Below are positions 1-11,293 of a stretch of 32,000 bases of DNA, piece by piece. The position numbers and the translations under genes are program-made. Source of the stretch: Halomicronema hongdechloris C2206 (GTDB lineage Bacteria; Cyanobacteriota; Cyanobacteriia; Phormidesmidales; Phormidesmidaceae); assembly GCF_002075285.3 (NCBI RefSeq), contig NZ_CP021983.2:5545846-5577845 (forward strand), in the 5' to 3' direction. Position 1 is the stretch's first letter. Each line of letters starts with the position of its first letter. Below the pieces are notes generated by a model, which saw only the letters and a program-made list of their open reading frames with translations, was not told where the DNA came from and ran no database searches.

Positions 1-1
1 C

Positions 2-619
2 CTAATCAATGACATTGATGCCATTGAGATTCATACCCAAGTAGGCCGAGACCAAGCCTTTCAACAACTTTGGGAAAGCCTTATTCCTCGGTTATCCCGG
101 CTGCGACTAATCGCCATCAGTTGCCCTGGGGGGCCAGGAGTCCTCGACTATCTCTGGCGCCTGTACCACCTGATCCAGCCCTTGCCAGTTCCCTTGATTT
201 GGCAGACAGATGGACGCCCCATGAGTGGCGACATCGGCACCGGCACCACCCATGCCACCATTCACTGGGGTCAACAGGTCCTACGCCACGGTCCGCCTGG
301 CTATATCCAACTGGCTGGGGGCACTAACCAACACACGGTGGCAAAATTAGCGACCTTGGGATTACTCCAGCCGATGACATCGCCCTCCTCAGGACGTGCC
401 ATCGCTGGAGTGGCCTATGGCAGCTATGCCCGCAAACTGTTATTACCGCTGCTGGAACCCCCTGCTGCTATCCCCGCTGACGCGGTCGCGACTACACCAC
501 CTCCACCCTTAATTGCTCGCCCCCATGACTTGCTTGCAGCTGTGCAACAGGCTCGCAACCTGGTGGATTCGCTTAAACGAGCGGTGCCGCCACCGCAACC
601 AGCGGTAGCCAGGATATGA
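2..619 (+). CDS. ldpA: LdpA-like Fe-S protein, C-terminal part (5' end lies upstream of the window)
   Basis: Frame 2 is open from the window edge to TGA at 617-619. The listed ORF 182..619 is only its TTG-initiated distal part. The translation contains [34 protein letters not shown] and [16 protein letters not shown], which I recognise as the conserved C-terminal region of cyanobacterial LdpA. It is followed by an R3H ATPase gene, as I recall for S. elongatus. Confidence 0.55.
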   Translation, partial: LINDIDAIEIHTQVGRDQAFQQLWESLIPRLSRLRLIAISCPGGPGVLDYLWRLYHLIQPLPVPLIWQTDGRPMSGDIGTGTTHATIHWGQQVLRHGPPGYIQLAGGTNQHTVAKLATLGLLQPMTSPSSGRAIAGVAYGSYARKLLLPLLEPPAAIPADAVATTPPPPLIARPHDLLAAVQQARNLVDSLKRAVPPPQPAVARI

Positions 620-629
620 ACTGTCAGTT

Positions 630-2498
630 TTGGCAAACAAACGTTCCCTGTTGGTGTCTAGTTATTGGCTCTCGAAGGTTATGGTCAACCTCCACGGCAA
701 ACGCTCTATTCCCGATCAGGCTTCCAATTCAGCCCCTTCCACAGCCCTTCCCTCTCCGGCAACGAGTGATTTAGGGCTGATTCTGGCAGTGCTGCCCCCC
801 AAAATTCGCCAAGCCCTGGAGCACCATAACCATCGCGATCAGCTCATCGAAGTGGTCCTGGATTTGGGACGACTTCCAGAAGCTCGCTTCCCAGAGGGAG
901 CCGAGTATCTCTCCCAGGTCCCGGTCTCACAAGACGACCTGAACTACTGCATCGATCGCGTCGGTCACTTCGGCGGCGATAACCGGGCTGGGATTGAGAA
1001 AACGCTGCACCGTATCAGCGCCATTCGCAACCGTTCTGGTGACATCATTGGCCTCACCTGCCGGGTGGGACGAGCTGTTTTTGGCACCATTGGCTTAATT
1101 CAGGATCTAGTCCAAACTGGTCGGTCGATTCTGATGCTAGGACGTCCGGGGGTGGGTAAAACGACTGCCCTGCGGGAAATTGCCCGGGTGCTAGCAGATG
1201 ACTTACACAAGCGGGTGGTGATTATCGATACCTCCAATGAAATCGCTGGCGACGGGGATATTCCTCACCCAGCCATCGGCCGGGCCCGACGGATGCAGGT
1301 GGCCCATCCCCATGAACAACATCAGGTGATGATCGAGGCTGTGGAAAACCACATGCCAGAGGTGATTGTCATTGATGAGATCGGCACTGAGCTGGAAGCA
1401 TTAGCAGCTCGCACCATTGCTGAGCGAGGCGTGCAACTGGTGGGGACAGCCCATGGCAATCGGCTGGAAAATCTGATTAAGAACCCTACCCTATCGGATC
1501 TGATTGGCGGCATTCAATCGGTCACGCTGGGGGATGACGAGGCCCGGCGACGGGGTAGTCAGAAGAGTGTCTTGGAGCGCAAGGCACCTCCTACCTTTGA
1601 CATCGCCGTCGAGATGCTGGAACGTCAGCGCTGGATCGTCCATGAAGATGTGACTGAAACGGTCGACAGCCTACTGCGTGGACGCCAACCGGGGTCCCAG
1701 GTGCGGACCACGGCTCCGGATGGCAGCGTCAGTGTGACCCATGAATTGCCCGATCGGCCCGGCCTTGACTTTACCCGATCCTCTCGCCGTGGTGGTGGCG
1801 GTTGGCGGGCTTCTGGCCAAATGGTGCCGCCGCCACTGGGAGAATCCGCTACCCGATCAGCTCCCTCGTCGTCGGAGCAACAACAATTTCAGGCGTTGCT
1901 GGATCATAGCTTGAGTATGCAGTCAGCATCGTCTAGCCCTTGGCCGCCTGAGGCCAATGGTGGAGACCCACCGCCTGTCGGCCCCAATGGCGAAGATATT
2001 GTGCAGGTGTATCCCTATGGCATCAGCCGCCATCATTTAGATCACATTATTCGGACCCTATCCTTGCCGGTAATGTTGACGAAGGATCTAAATAGCGCTG
2101 AGGCCGTTTTAGCGTTGCGATCGCATGTCAAGAACCATACGAAATTGCGCCACATCGCCAAAGCCCGTCAGATTCCGATTCAGACCGTTAAATCCAACAA
2201 CATTCCTCAAATCACCCGATCCCTGCAGCGTTTACTCGATATGGATGACAGCAGCCTTTCCACCGCTGTCAATCTGGAGTTATTTGCCCGCAAGGGCGAC
2301 GATGATGAGTTAGAAGCCCTAGAAGAGGCTCGGCTAGCCGTCGAACAAATTGTCATCCCCAAAGGCCAACCCGTAGAGCTCCTGCCCCGTTCAGCTCGGA
2401 TTCGCAAAATGCAACACGAATTAGCAGAGCATTACCGGCTGAAATCCCACAGCTTTGGCGACGAACCCAATCGCCGCCTGCGCATTTATCCAGCCTAG
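630..2498 (+). CDS. ycf45: R3H-domain P-loop ATPase (Ycf45 family)
   Basis: 622-aa ORF with Walker [10 protein letters not shown] and Walker B VIVIDEIG. The C-terminal R3H-like block is [30 protein letters not shown]. The TTG at 630 gives the longest ORF, and ATG at 681 is an alternative start. Confidence 0.8.
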   Translation: MANKRSLLVSSYWLSKVMVNLHGKRSIPDQASNSAPSTALPSPATSDLGLILAVLPPKIRQALEHHNHRDQLIEVVLDLGRLPEARFPEGAEYLSQVPVSQDDLNYCIDRVGHFGGDNRAGIEKTLHRISAIRNRSGDIIGLTCRVGRAVFGTIGLIQDLVQTGRSILMLGRPGVGKTTALREIARVLADDLHKRVVIIDTSNEIAGDGDIPHPAIGRARRMQVAHPHEQHQVMIEAVENHMPEVIVIDEIGTELEALAARTIAERGVQLVGTAHGNRLENLIKNPTLSDLIGGIQSVTLGDDEARRRGSQKSVLERKAPPTFDIAVEMLERQRWIVHEDVTETVDSLLRGRQPGSQVRTTAPDGSVSVTHELPDRPGLDFTRSSRRGGGGWRASGQMVPPPLGESATRSAPSSSEQQQFQALLDHSLSMQSASSSPWPPEANGGDPPPVGPNGEDIVQVYPYGISRHHLDHIIRTLSLPVMLTKDLNSAEAVLALRSHVKNHTKLRHIAKARQIPIQTVKSNNIPQITRSLQRLLDMDDSSLSTAVNLELFARKGDDDELEALEEARLAVEQIVIPKGQPVELLPRSARIRKMQHELAEHYRLKSHSFGDEPNRRLRIYPA

Positions 2499-2643
2499 TC
2501 GACCGTATCGTAACAGCCAGGCCGATCTCAGCAGGGTTGTCCGCGCCCGCCCTTGGGTCGGATCCCGCCTCAAGATAAGATAGCTACAGTACAAACGGCT
2601 GGGATCACCTTGAGACTGTCTCAGCCATCGCGTCCATCTTACT

Positions 2644-3060
2644 ATGGCTGATGTTCCCATGAGACAACTCCTCACTCGCCTATTCGCCTTCGTTCTGGTC
2701 GCTGTCATCGGCCTGACAGGCTGCAGTGCTGGCACCAGTGGTCAAATGACCGGCAACTACCAACAAGACACCCTGACAGTGATAGAGGGTCTACGGTCTG
2801 CCATCCAAGCGGATCAAGATGATCCGGCCAAATCCCAAGCCCAGTCGCAAGCCCGTGCCTTGATCAATGACTTTGCCGCCCGCTATCGACGGGATAGTTC
2901 GGTCAAGGGATTAAGTTCCTTCACCACCATGCAGACTGCCTTAAATGCGATCGCAGGTCACTACAGCTCCTATCCCAACCGTCCCATTCCCCAAAAGCTC
3001 AAAGATCGGGTTGAGCAAGAATTGCGGCGGGTAGAAGCCGCCCTAAAACGAGGGCGCTAA
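2644..3060 (+). CDS. psb27: Photosystem II assembly lipoprotein Psb27
   Basis: 138 aa with a signal peptide and lipobox (VIGLTGC). TGNYQQDTLTVIEGLRSAI, RYRRD, FTTMQTALNAIAGHYSSYPNRPIPQKLKDR closely parallel Synechocystis Psb27 as I remember it. ATG at 2659 is an alternative start. Confidence 0.85.
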   Translation: MADVPMRQLLTRLFAFVLVAVIGLTGCSAGTSGQMTGNYQQDTLTVIEGLRSAIQADQDDPAKSQAQSQARALINDFAARYRRDSSVKGLSSFTTMQTALNAIAGHYSSYPNRPIPQKLKDRVEQELRRVEAALKRGR

Positions 3061-3221
3061 TTCAAGTATTGACCTCCCCATCAGCATCCCCATCTCATAG
3101 ATAATCCGGGTCATTTAACCTTAGCCAGCCCCTTGGTCCCCACCAAATACTCCATGGCAAAACCCCACGACTAGTACTCTGTGGCCGATAGGGCGTCAGA
3201 GTCAGTGCTGGCAGGAAATGT

Positions 3222-3251
3222 TTGACTATCCGTTTTTGTTTTTGTTAGGAT
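3222..3251 (+). promoter_or_regulatory. Candidate sigma-70-type promoter for rpmJ-rpsM
   Basis: TTGACT (3222-3227), an 18-nt T-rich spacer, then TAGGAT (3246-3251), about 35 nt upstream of the rpmJ ATG. Hexamer match only. Confidence 0.3.
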
Positions 3252-3286
3252 GGCAATTCTGTAGTAGAGCAAAAATCTGATTGGAC

Positions 3287-3400
3287 ATGAAAGTCCGCGC
3301 ATCTGTTCGTCGAATGTGTGAGAAATGCCGCATTATCCGCCGTCGTGGTCGGGTTATGGTAATTTGCTCCAACCCGAAACACAAGCAACGCCAAGGATAA
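3287..3400 (+). CDS. rpmJ: 50S ribosomal protein L36
   Basis: Not in the ORF track because it is under 60 aa. ATG at 3287 to TAA at 3398-3400 encodes [37 protein letters not shown], the canonical L36 zinc-ribbon sequence, directly upstream of rpsM. Confidence 0.9.
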   Translation: MKVRASVRRMCEKCRIIRRRGRVMVICSNPKHKQRQG

Positions 3401-3534
3401 CTCAGTAAACATCTATCTACAGACCCCTTCCACGCTGATAGCACTATTAATACTATTCAGCCAGACAATCAGCTAGATCACTAGCAGGGTTAAGAAAACA
3501 CAGCGGTACTGCAGACTAAGGGAGAAAACAACCG

Positions 3535-3915
3535 GTGGCACGGATAGCAGGCGTTGACCTTCCAAGGGACAAGCGCATCGAAATCGGGTTGACCTATATC
3601 TACGGCATTGGGTTGTCCAGGGCCAAAGAGATCATCAGCAAAACGGGGGTTAATCCTGATACCCGCGTGCGAGACCTCACCGACGCAGACGTCGCCAAAT
3701 TGAGAGAGGTCGTCGAAGGCGACTACCAAATTGAAGGAGACCTCAGGCGATGGGAAACCATGAATATCAAACGCCTGATGGACATTGGCACCTACCGAGG
3801 GCGGCGTCATCGGGCTGGACTGCCAGTGAGAGGACAACGCACTCGCACCAATGGACGTACCCGCCGGGGTGGTCGGCGCACGGTTGCTGGTAAGAAGAAG
3901 GCTCCTAAGAAATAA
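3535..3915 (+). CDS. rpsM: 30S ribosomal protein S13
   Basis: 126 aa starting [26 protein letters not shown], with a basic C-terminal tail. GTG start with GGGAG about 10 nt upstream. Confidence 0.97.
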   Translation: MARIAGVDLPRDKRIEIGLTYIYGIGLSRAKEIISKTGVNPDTRVRDLTDADVAKLREVVEGDYQIEGDLRRWETMNIKRLMDIGTYRGRRHRAGLPVRGQRTRTNGRTRRGGRRTVAGKKKAPKK

Positions 3916-4162
3916 TCCCATTTTGGTCAGGGTGTCGACCTGAAGACGGTGCCTGAGATTCGACCTAGTTGTGGACAGGAGCAACAAGGAAGTTTCTACC
4001 AAGAGGCCAGCTGTTAGCTAGCTATTATGTCAAGGGGATCGACAGATTCACCTGCACCTTATAGCCTCCCCAAGGCCACCGTTTCTTTAAGGCAATTCTT
4101 TGAAACCAGTCCGTTATTGTAATAGCTCTTCCAAATCCTAGTTCTATTTCTCTAGAAAGGCT

Positions 4163-4555
4163 ATGCCAAAACCAACCAAAAAATCAGGACCCCGTAGACA
4201 GAAAAAGAACGTCCCAAGTGGTGTTGCTCACATTCAGTCCACTTTCAATAACACCATTGTCACTATCACAGATACCAGTGGAGAAACCATTTCTTGGGCT
4301 TCAGCCGGTTCCAGTGGCTTTAAGGGAGCCAAGAAGGGAACCCCTTTTGCAGCTCAGACCGCGGCTGATGGAGCAGCCCGTCGAGCAATGGATCAGGGCA
4401 TGCGCCAGATAGAAGTCATGGTGAGTGGTCCTGGCTCTGGTCGCGAAACGGCAATTCGCGCTCTACAGGGAGCAGGATTGGAGATCACATTGATTCGGGA
4501 TGTCACTCCTATTCCTCACAATGGCTGTCGACCGCCCAAGCGCCGTCGGGTATAG
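4163..4555 (+). CDS. rpsK: 30S ribosomal protein S11
   Basis: 130 aa containing [32 protein letters not shown] and [14 protein letters not shown]. Confidence 0.97.
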   Translation: MPKPTKKSGPRRQKKNVPSGVAHIQSTFNNTIVTITDTSGETISWASAGSSGFKGAKKGTPFAAQTAADGAARRAMDQGMRQIEVMVSGPGSGRETAIRALQGAGLEITLIRDVTPIPHNGCRPPKRRRV

Positions 4556-4593
4556 GCCCATTATTATGCAGTCAGGAAAAGGGAGGTCAGGCC

Positions 4594-5541
4594 ATGGCAC
4601 AATTTCACGTTGAATGCGTAGAATCTTTAGTTGAAGACGATCAGAGTCAGTATAGTCGATTCTTGATCGAGCCCCTAGAAAGAAGCCAGGGTAATACAAT
4701 TGGCAACGCTCTACGGCGAGTTCTCCTATCTAATCTAGAGGGGATTGCTATTACAGCCGTCCGTATTGCTGGAGCAACCCACGAATTTTCCACGATTCCT
4801 GGCATCCGAGAAGATGTCTTAGATATCCTTCTCAATATGAAGGAAATCGTTCTTAGGAGTCACACCAATCAATCTCAGATTGGGCGACTCTTGGTACAAG
4901 GGCCAGCTAAAGTGACAGCCGGTCATTTCGACTTACCTTCTGAAGTAGAGGTTGTCAATCCAGATCAACCGGTGGCGACCCTGGCAGAGGGGCATACCCT
5001 AGAGATGGAATTCCGAATTGAGCAGGGTCGAGGATATCGGGCCGTTGAACACAATCGGGATGACGCTGCTGCATTAGATTTTATGCAGATTGACGCCGTT
5101 TTCATGCCCGTTCGCAAAGTCAACTATTCAGTTGAAGATGTAATGATAGCTGGCTCCCTGCAAAAGGATCGGCTGATCATGGAGATTTGGACCAATGGGA
5201 GCATGACCCCGCAAGAGGCCATGAGCCAGGCGGCGGCTGTCCTCGTCGATCTCTTCAATCCGCTTAAAGACGTCACCTCGGAGCCAAAGCAGGGAGATGA
5301 AACCGAGGAAGAAGATCCTGTCAATCAGATTCCCATCGAGGAATTGCATCTGTCTGTACGAGCTTATAACTGTCTAAAGCGGGCTCAGATCAACTCTGTG
5401 TCTGATCTATTGGACTACAGCCAAGAAGATCTTCTAGAGATTAAGAACTTCGGTCAGAAGTCAGCTGAAGAGGTGATCGAGGCTCTGCAAGATCGCCTTG
5501 GCATTACCCTACCCATGGAAAAACCAGCCAAGTCTTCTTGA
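4594..5541 (+). CDS. rpoA: DNA-directed RNA polymerase alpha subunit
   Basis: 315 aa with an N-terminal domain ([14 protein letters not shown]) and a C-terminal domain ([33 protein letters not shown]). Confidence 0.97.
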   Translation: MAQFHVECVESLVEDDQSQYSRFLIEPLERSQGNTIGNALRRVLLSNLEGIAITAVRIAGATHEFSTIPGIREDVLDILLNMKEIVLRSHTNQSQIGRLLVQGPAKVTAGHFDLPSEVEVVNPDQPVATLAEGHTLEMEFRIEQGRGYRAVEHNRDDAAALDFMQIDAVFMPVRKVNYSVEDVMIAGSLQKDRLIMEIWTNGSMTPQEAMSQAAAVLVDLFNPLKDVTSEPKQGDETEEEDPVNQIPIEELHLSVRAYNCLKRAQINSVSDLLDYSQEDLLEIKNFGQKSAEEVIEALQDRLGITLPMEKPAKSS

Positions 5542-5639
5542 TAGAAGTCCTCTCGGGGCCATTGTCCCAGAGCGAGTCCGAAGCCCAGGAGCTTCGGTTT
5601 TTTCCTGTCCAATTGTGGTCTATACCTGAGCTACCTGTT

Positions 5640-5990
5640 ATGCGTCACTGTCGTCGTGTCCCAAAACTTGGCAAGCCTGCCGACCAACGCAAGGCCTTGT
5701 TAAGGTCCTTAACTACCGAACTCCTGCGTCATGGCAGTATTACCACGACTAAGGCCAGAGCTAAAGCCGTTCGAGCAGAAGCCGAGCGAATCATCACTCT
5801 TGCCAAAGAGGGATCCCTAGCTGCTCGTCGTCAAGCCTTAGGGTATCTCTACGACAAGCAGTTAGTACATGCCTTGTTCGAACAGGTTGGCACCCGCTAT
5901 GGCGATCGCAACGGTGGCTACACTCGCATTCTCCGCACGATTAAACGTCGTGGTGATAATGCTGAGATGGCCATCATCGAACTAACCTAA
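5640..5990 (+). CDS. rplQ: 50S ribosomal protein L17
   Basis: The L17 sequence starts at ATG 5640 ([32 protein letters not shown]). The 34 codons upstream of this ATG in the track ORF (5538) do not look like L17. Confidence 0.93.
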   Translation: MRHCRRVPKLGKPADQRKALLRSLTTELLRHGSITTTKARAKAVRAEAERIITLAKEGSLAARRQALGYLYDKQLVHALFEQVGTRYGDRNGGYTRILRTIKRRGDNAEMAIIELT

Positions 5991-6019
5991 CCACCTCGCT
6001 ACTCCTCCTATCCATAGCC

Positions 6020-6892
6020 ATGGCATCGCTAGCAGAGCAACTTAAAGCCGACACGGTGGGATGGACTAAGCCCCAACGGGTTGCTTTGGTCATCCAATAT
6101 ATCGGCACGCGCTTCCATGGTTGGCAACGACAGCCCCAGCAACGGACTGTTCAAGGAGAGATTGAGGCTGTCATTGAGATGGTCTTAGGTTACTTCGTTA
6201 CCCTACACGGAGCTGGTCGTACTGATGCTGGTGTTCATGCCGCTGCTCAGGTTGCCCATTTTGATGCCCCGACAACCATTCCAGCCCATCGTTGGGCTAG
6301 CATCCTAAATCACCGCCTCTCGGCAGATATTGTGATTCGGGCATCAGCCCAAGTGTCTAATACCTGGCACGCTCAGTTTTCAGCTCAGTGGCGGCGGTAT
6401 CGCTACAGCCTATACACAGATCCCTGTCCAAACTTGTTTGTGCAGCCCTATACCTGGCACTATTATTATGAGCCGCTAGATGTAGAACGGCTGCAAGCGG
6501 CTCTGGCCCCTTTGGTGGGGCACCACGATCTCACAGCCTTTCATCGAGCCGGTTCCGGTCGGGGACACTCCCGGGTCGAGGTGCAGGCAGCAGATTGCTA
6601 TCGTCAGGAATCGTTTATCCATGTAGAGTTGCAAGCTAGCGGTTTTTTGTATGGCATGGTTCGACTCATCATGGGACTTCTGGTAGATGTTGGTTGTGGC
6701 AGTCTCACGGTCGATGCATTTACTCAAATCTGGCAACGACAGCAACGAGAACGGGTAAAGTACTCTGCTCCAGCTCATGGTCTATGTTTACTACGAGTGG
6801 GCTACCCAGAGTTTCCCTTTGCCTCCCATCTGTGGTTTGATACACAACCACGATTCTGTTTTGCCGCCACTACCGATTTAGTTGCCGTCTAA
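6020..6892 (+). CDS. truA: tRNA pseudouridine(38-40) synthase TruA
   Basis: 290 aa containing GWQRQP, the catalytic-Asp block GAGRTDAGVHA, RRYRY and FLYGMVR. This is the conserved position between rplQ and rplM in cyanobacteria. Confidence 0.9.
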   Translation: MASLAEQLKADTVGWTKPQRVALVIQYIGTRFHGWQRQPQQRTVQGEIEAVIEMVLGYFVTLHGAGRTDAGVHAAAQVAHFDAPTTIPAHRWASILNHRLSADIVIRASAQVSNTWHAQFSAQWRRYRYSLYTDPCPNLFVQPYTWHYYYEPLDVERLQAALAPLVGHHDLTAFHRAGSGRGHSRVEVQAADCYRQESFIHVELQASGFLYGMVRLIMGLLVDVGCGSLTVDAFTQIWQRQQRERVKYSAPAHGLCLLRVGYPEFPFASHLWFDTQPRFCFAATTDLVAV

Positions 6893-6945
6893 ATTCTTAG
6901 TCCTGTCTTAAGCTCTTTATAGCTGTTTTTTAGTCCATTAGAACC

Positions 6946-7401
6946 ATGACGAAAACGTACACGCCACCCCAAGAATCTATCGAGCGGCAGTGGTATATCG
7001 TAGATGCCGCTGACCAGCGCTTAGGCCGCCTAGCCAGCGAAATAGCCAAAGTGCTACGCGGTAAGCATAAGGCAACCTTTACACCCAATGTAGATACCGG
7101 TGACTTCGTCGTCGTCGTCAATGCTGAAAAAGTTACCGTGACTGGTAAAAAGCGCCATGAAAAATTTTACCGTCGGCACTCAGGGCGCCCCGGCGGCATG
7201 AAATCCGAGACCTTTGCTCAGCTGCAAACTCGAATTCCAGAGCGCATTATCGAGCAGGCTGTCAAAGGCATGCTGCCTAAAAATGCCCTAGGCCGTAAGC
7301 TGTTTACTAAGTTGAAGGTCTACGCTGGTCCCGACCATCCCCACCAAGCGCAAGGACCCCAGCCCCTAACCATCACAACCATTCCAGGAGGTAGTCAATA
7401 A
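6946..7401 (+). CDS. rplM: 50S ribosomal protein L13
   Basis: 151 aa containing [27 protein letters not shown] and [10 protein letters not shown]. Confidence 0.97.
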   Translation: MTKTYTPPQESIERQWYIVDAADQRLGRLASEIAKVLRGKHKATFTPNVDTGDFVVVVNAEKVTVTGKKRHEKFYRRHSGRPGGMKSETFAQLQTRIPERIIEQAVKGMLPKNALGRKLFTKLKVYAGPDHPHQAQGPQPLTITTIPGGSQ

Positions 7402-7814
7402 TGCAAGCAACTGACCAATCTAATCGAGCCATTTATTGGGGGACAGGCCGTCGTAAGTCGGCGGTTGCTCGGGTGCGCCTGGTGCCAGGGAATGGCCAAC
7501 TCAGGATTAATGGGCGGTCAGGGCAAGATTACTTGCAGGGAAACCCATTTTATCTGTCAACAACGAAGGCACCTCTGGAAACCTTGGGCTTAGAAAATGA
7601 CTATGACGTGCTGGTCAATGTCAGGGGGGGAGGGCTCAATGGTCAAGCTGATGCGATTCGCTTAGGAGTCGCTAGAGCCCTGTGTGAATTGGATCCGGAT
7701 AATCGCAAACCCCTGAAGATTGAGGGCTATCTGACCCGGGATCCCCGCAGCAAGGAGCGTCGTAAGTATGGCCTGAAGAAAGCTCGTAAAGCACCTCAGT
7801 ATTCCAAGCGTTAA
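7401..7814 (+). CDS. rpsI: 30S ribosomal protein S9
   Basis: 137 aa containing [35 protein letters not shown] and [27 protein letters not shown]. The start overlaps the rplM stop by 1 nt (TAATG). Confidence 0.97.
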   Translation: MQATDQSNRAIYWGTGRRKSAVARVRLVPGNGQLRINGRSGQDYLQGNPFYLSTTKAPLETLGLENDYDVLVNVRGGGLNGQADAIRLGVARALCELDPDNRKPLKIEGYLTRDPRSKERRKYGLKKARKAPQYSKR

Positions 7815-8031
7815 TCTTACTCGCTATATACTGGCAGTTGATGCTGGTACTGGTAGACACACTATTCGGTGTCACTTTTCTCAAGTAATTCTTGCCCTTG
7901 GGGCAGTTATTGGGGGACTCAGGATACAGCTGTGAAGCTGTCCATGGCAGATAAGGTATCGCTAAAAAGTTCGCTAGGATTCTCTATAGAACTACGGGCG
8001 AACAATAGCAGCAGCTGTCATGACACCTAAG

Positions 8032-8147
8032 AGGACATTTGAAAACTCGGCTGAAAGCCCTGCAGGGTAAGCGTTTTAGAGCGTATGGCTCTGTTGGCCA
8101 GACTCCAGTCTGGAGCAAGGTTGCAGGGTACTTTCCAAATATCCTCT
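8032..8147 (-). mobile_element. MITE-like 116-nt element, copy 1 (inverted relative to copy 2)
   Basis: The reverse complement matches 16069-16184 with 3 mismatches in 116 nt by hand alignment. Imperfect terminal inverted repeats are AGGATATTTGGAAA and AGGACATTTGAAAA. The internal arms GCCCTGCA and TGCAGGGC allow a long hairpin. It sits in the rpsI-rpmE spacer. Confidence 0.6.
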
Positions 8148-8253
8148 AAGGCAGGTGCCCAACAGGTAGCTTGTGAGTATGGAACGTTAGTTCAGCCTGC
8201 CTGTAGTTATCTGGCCAACACTATCTTTTTTTGTGGATTTGAGGTCCAAGCTA

Positions 8254-8493
8254 ATGCCAAAGTCTGATATTCACCCAACTTGGTATCCAGACGCCAAAGT
8301 TTATTGTGACGGGAAACTGGTCATGACCGTAGGGTCTACTAAACCAGAACTCCATGTTGATGTCTGGTCTGGAAATCATCCTTTTTACACTGGTACCCAG
8401 AAAATCATTGATACTGAGGGCCGGGTTGAGCGCTTCCTGCGGAAATACGGTATGGCCGATACCACTCCAAAGCAGGAGAATTCTGGTCAGTAA
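8254..8493 (+). CDS. rpmE: 50S ribosomal protein L31
   Basis: MPKSDIHPTWYPDAKVYCDGK, HPFYTGTQKIIDTEGRVERF. ATG 8254 fits L31 better than the track start at 8233. Confidence 0.93.
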   Translation: MPKSDIHPTWYPDAKVYCDGKLVMTVGSTKPELHVDVWSGNHPFYTGTQKIIDTEGRVERFLRKYGMADTTPKQENSGQ

Positions 8494-8807
8494 TCCTGAT
8501 CTACAACATGTCCTTTCTGAGGGATGTACAGCCTATCTCCTGGGGTTAAGGGGTTAATGGCCATCCTTGCCCCGCAAGCGTTGTTTCTGCTGCAGAGTAC
8601 TAGCAACGGTATCTAGCCTAGATTCCCAGTTGCCTAGTTTGCTGCAGTGGCATACCAACTTGCATCGTTGTCTACTAGGATAGGTTTACTAGGAGGCTTT
8701 CGGACTCAGAATCTGGAGTCAGATTTGATACGGGATGGGACCTTAATCGACCCAGACTGTCTTCAAAGTCATCTGATAAAGCTACATTTTGTCTTGAAAA
8801 CTAGCTC

Positions 8808-9911
8808 ATGGCTGAAGCGTATCTCCTCGAAAAACTTAAATCGGTTGAACAGACGTTTCAGGAATTAACTCGGCGCCTGGCAGATCCAGATGTGGCCCAG
8901 GATCCCGATGAATTTCAGCGCATTGCGAAGGCACGCTCGTCTTTGGAAGATACGGTCAACACCTTCAGCCAATGGAAGCAAGTTCAAGATGAGCTGGCGG
9001 GCGCTCAAGAAATTCACCGGGAGTCTAACGGCGACTCGGAATTGCGGCAGATGGCAGCCATGGAGATTAGCACCCTGGAGGAAACTACAGCACAGCTGGA
9101 AAATCGCTTGAAGATTTTGCTGTTACCGAAAGATCCCAACGATGATAAGAACATCATGTTGGAGATCCGTGCCGGAACCGGCGGAGACGAAGCTAGCATT
9201 TGGGCTGGGGATCTCGTGCGCATGTATTCCCGCTATGCTGAGTCTCAGGGATGGCAGGTGAAGCTTGTCAGCGAATCCCTGGCAGATATGGGCGGCTTCA
9301 AAGAGGCCATCCTGGAGATTCGCGGCGACCAAGTTTACAGCAAGCTCAAATTTGAGGCCGGTGTCCACCGCGTGCAGCGGGTCCCGGTCACAGAAGCAGG
9401 CGGGCGGGTTCATACTTCGACGGCGACAGTGGCTGTCATGCCTGAGGTCGATGATGTGGAGATCAAGATCGACCCCAAGGATATTGAGGTGTCCACTGCT
9501 CGTTCAGGGGGAGCCGGTGGCCAGAATGTCAATAAGGTAGAGACTGCTGTCGATTTGTTCCATAAGCCTACAGGGATTCGCATCTTCTGTACCGAGGAGC
9601 GATCGCAACTGCAAAACCGAGAGCGAGCCATGCAGATTCTGCGGGCTAAGCTTTATGAAATGAAGTTGCGGGAACAGCAGGAAGCTGTTACGTCGATGCG
9701 TCGCTCTCAGGTCGGCACCGGCGCTCGCTCGGAAAAGATTCGCACCTATAATTACAAGGATAATCGGGTCACAGACCATCGCCTGAATCAGAACTTTACC
9801 CTAGCTGCGGTGCTGGAAGGGGGATTGGAGGAGATGGTGCAATCCTGTATTGGTCAGGATCAGCAAGAGCGTCTAGAGGAATTAGCGGCCTCTTCAACCG
9901 CTTCGGTTTAG
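8808..9911 (+). CDS. prfA: Peptide chain release factor 1
   Basis: 367 aa with a GGQ loop ([16 protein letters not shown]) and an RF1-type tripeptide region ([23 protein letters not shown]). Confidence 0.97.
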   Translation: MAEAYLLEKLKSVEQTFQELTRRLADPDVAQDPDEFQRIAKARSSLEDTVNTFSQWKQVQDELAGAQEIHRESNGDSELRQMAAMEISTLEETTAQLENRLKILLLPKDPNDDKNIMLEIRAGTGGDEASIWAGDLVRMYSRYAESQGWQVKLVSESLADMGGFKEAILEIRGDQVYSKLKFEAGVHRVQRVPVTEAGGRVHTSTATVAVMPEVDDVEIKIDPKDIEVSTARSGGAGGQNVNKVETAVDLFHKPTGIRIFCTEERSQLQNRERAMQILRAKLYEMKLREQQEAVTSMRRSQVGTGARSEKIRTYNYKDNRVTDHRLNQNFTLAAVLEGGLEEMVQSCIGQDQQERLEELAASSTASV

Positions 9912-9978
9912 GGCTGGGCTAGTCCCAGACGGCCACCGAACCTATCGTAGGCGACCTGCTTGTTCTAGCGAGCTACCG

Positions 9979-11280
9979 ATGGTCAAGTTTCTTCATGTGG
10001 CAGACGTACACCTTGGTTTCGATCGCTACGACAGTCGTGAGCGGACCAAGGACTTTTTTCGGGCCTTTCAGGATGTACTACAGCGTTATGCCATCGACGA
10101 GCAGGTAGACTTTGTCTTGATTGCCGGGGATCTCTTTGAACATCGGACCTTGCAGCCCGCCATCCTAAATCAAGCTCAGCTTTGCTTACAGGATCTCAAG
10201 GCAGCTAACATTCCAGTCTTTGCCATTGAAGGCAACCATGACAACCGTCCCTATGGCATTGTGACTAGCTGGTTGAAGTATTTGTCAGAGTGGCGGTTGC
10301 TAACCCTATTGGAGCCGGGTAACGTCGCTGCCGGGGAATCCTTCTATTGTCCTTGGGATGAAGATCGTCGCCGGGGCGGATACATTGATCTAGCCTGTGG
10401 TGTGCGGATCTTGGGCTCTAATTGGTATGGAGCCGCCGCCCCTCGTGCCATTGAACAAATTGCTGATGCCATGGCGGAGCTACCCCCTGGGCCTGAGCAT
10501 ACCGTCCTCATGTTCCACCATGGGTTGGCAGGGCAAATTGCCCGCTATGCTGGTGCTTTGCGCTATGACGACCTGTTGCCCCTACGGCAGGCTGGGGTCG
10601 ATTACCTGGCCCTAGGCCATATCCATAAGCATTACTCGGTGGACGGCTGGGTACACAACCCAGGGTCCTTGGAAGCCAATAACGTCGAAGAGGCCCAGTA
10701 CGAGCGGGGAGCCTACCTGGTGGAGTTAAACGGCCAAGGAGTCCAGGCGCGGTTGCAGCGGGATTATTATCAACGTCCCATTGCCCGACTACGGCTACTG
10801 GCGCGGGGACACGAGAGTCTAAGGGAGCTAGAAGCCGCCGCCCTGAGCCTCCTAGAAGAGGCCATTGAGCTGGGGCAGGTGGATCCGGTTCAGGCACCAC
10901 TGCTGGAATTTCGCATTGAGGGTCAAGTGGGCTTCGATCGCCTAGAGTTCGATACCCGGGCGCTGCAGCAAGCGTTGCAGCAGCGTAGTAATGCCATCAT
11001 CTGTCTCCTCAAGTACGAGGTGGAAACGGTAGGTTATGCCTCTCCCCTGGCGGAAGAGGCTAATCGCAGGCAGATAGAGTACGATATCTTCACCGATGTG
11101 TTAGCGGGTCACCGGGACTATAAGAAACGAGCGCCTGAATTAGCTCACGGTCTGATGGATTTGAAAGAGCGGCAGCTGCAGGGCCACGCCGAGGAAGCCC
11201 TGTATGCCTTTGTGGAGACTCTACTGGAGCCTGGTTCCCAAGCGTCCTCCACCACTCCCGCCGTCACTGAGGAAAAGTAA
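9979..11280 (+). CDS. SbcD/Mre11-like calcineurin-fold DNA exonuclease
   Basis: 433 aa with metallophosphoesterase motifs HVADVHLG, AGDLFE, GNHD and GHIH, followed by a C-terminal extension of about 170 aa. Confidence 0.75.
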   Translation: MVKFLHVADVHLGFDRYDSRERTKDFFRAFQDVLQRYAIDEQVDFVLIAGDLFEHRTLQPAILNQAQLCLQDLKAANIPVFAIEGNHDNRPYGIVTSWLKYLSEWRLLTLLEPGNVAAGESFYCPWDEDRRRGGYIDLACGVRILGSNWYGAAAPRAIEQIADAMAELPPGPEHTVLMFHHGLAGQIARYAGALRYDDLLPLRQAGVDYLALGHIHKHYSVDGWVHNPGSLEANNVEEAQYERGAYLVELNGQGVQARLQRDYYQRPIARLRLLARGHESLRELEAAALSLLEEAIELGQVDPVQAPLLEFRIEGQVGFDRLEFDTRALQQALQQRSNAIICLLKYEVETVGYASPLAEEANRRQIEYDIFTDVLAGHRDYKKRAPELAHGLMDLKERQLQGHAEEALYAFVETLLEPGSQASSTTPAVTEEK

Positions 11281-11293
11281 TGCTAGCCGGCGA

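Noticed and set aside
70-327. 85-aa ORF at the window start.
   Set aside because: It is out of frame with the continuous LdpA-like reading frame that spans the same bases. The translation is His/Pro/Arg-rich.
3490-4002. 170-aa minus-strand ORF across rpsM.
   Set aside because: It is entirely antisense to an unmistakable S13 gene and has no recognisable motifs.
5538-5639. N-terminal extension of the rplQ ORF (track start 5538).
   Set aside because: The 34 extra residues do not resemble L17 and overlap the rpoA stop. Canonical L17 begins at ATG 5640.
8085-8267. 60-aa ORF between rpsI and rpmE.
   Set aside because: It starts inside the MITE-like repeat and runs into the rpmE start region. It is most likely fortuitous.
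10508-10900. 130-aa antisense ORF within the SbcD-like gene. The same applies to 16739..17137 and 17121..17351 within ccaA, 18288..18689 within fba, and the many short ORFs within the S8 gene.
   Set aside because: All are embedded antisense or off-frame in genes with strong motif support, and their translations are compositionally biased.
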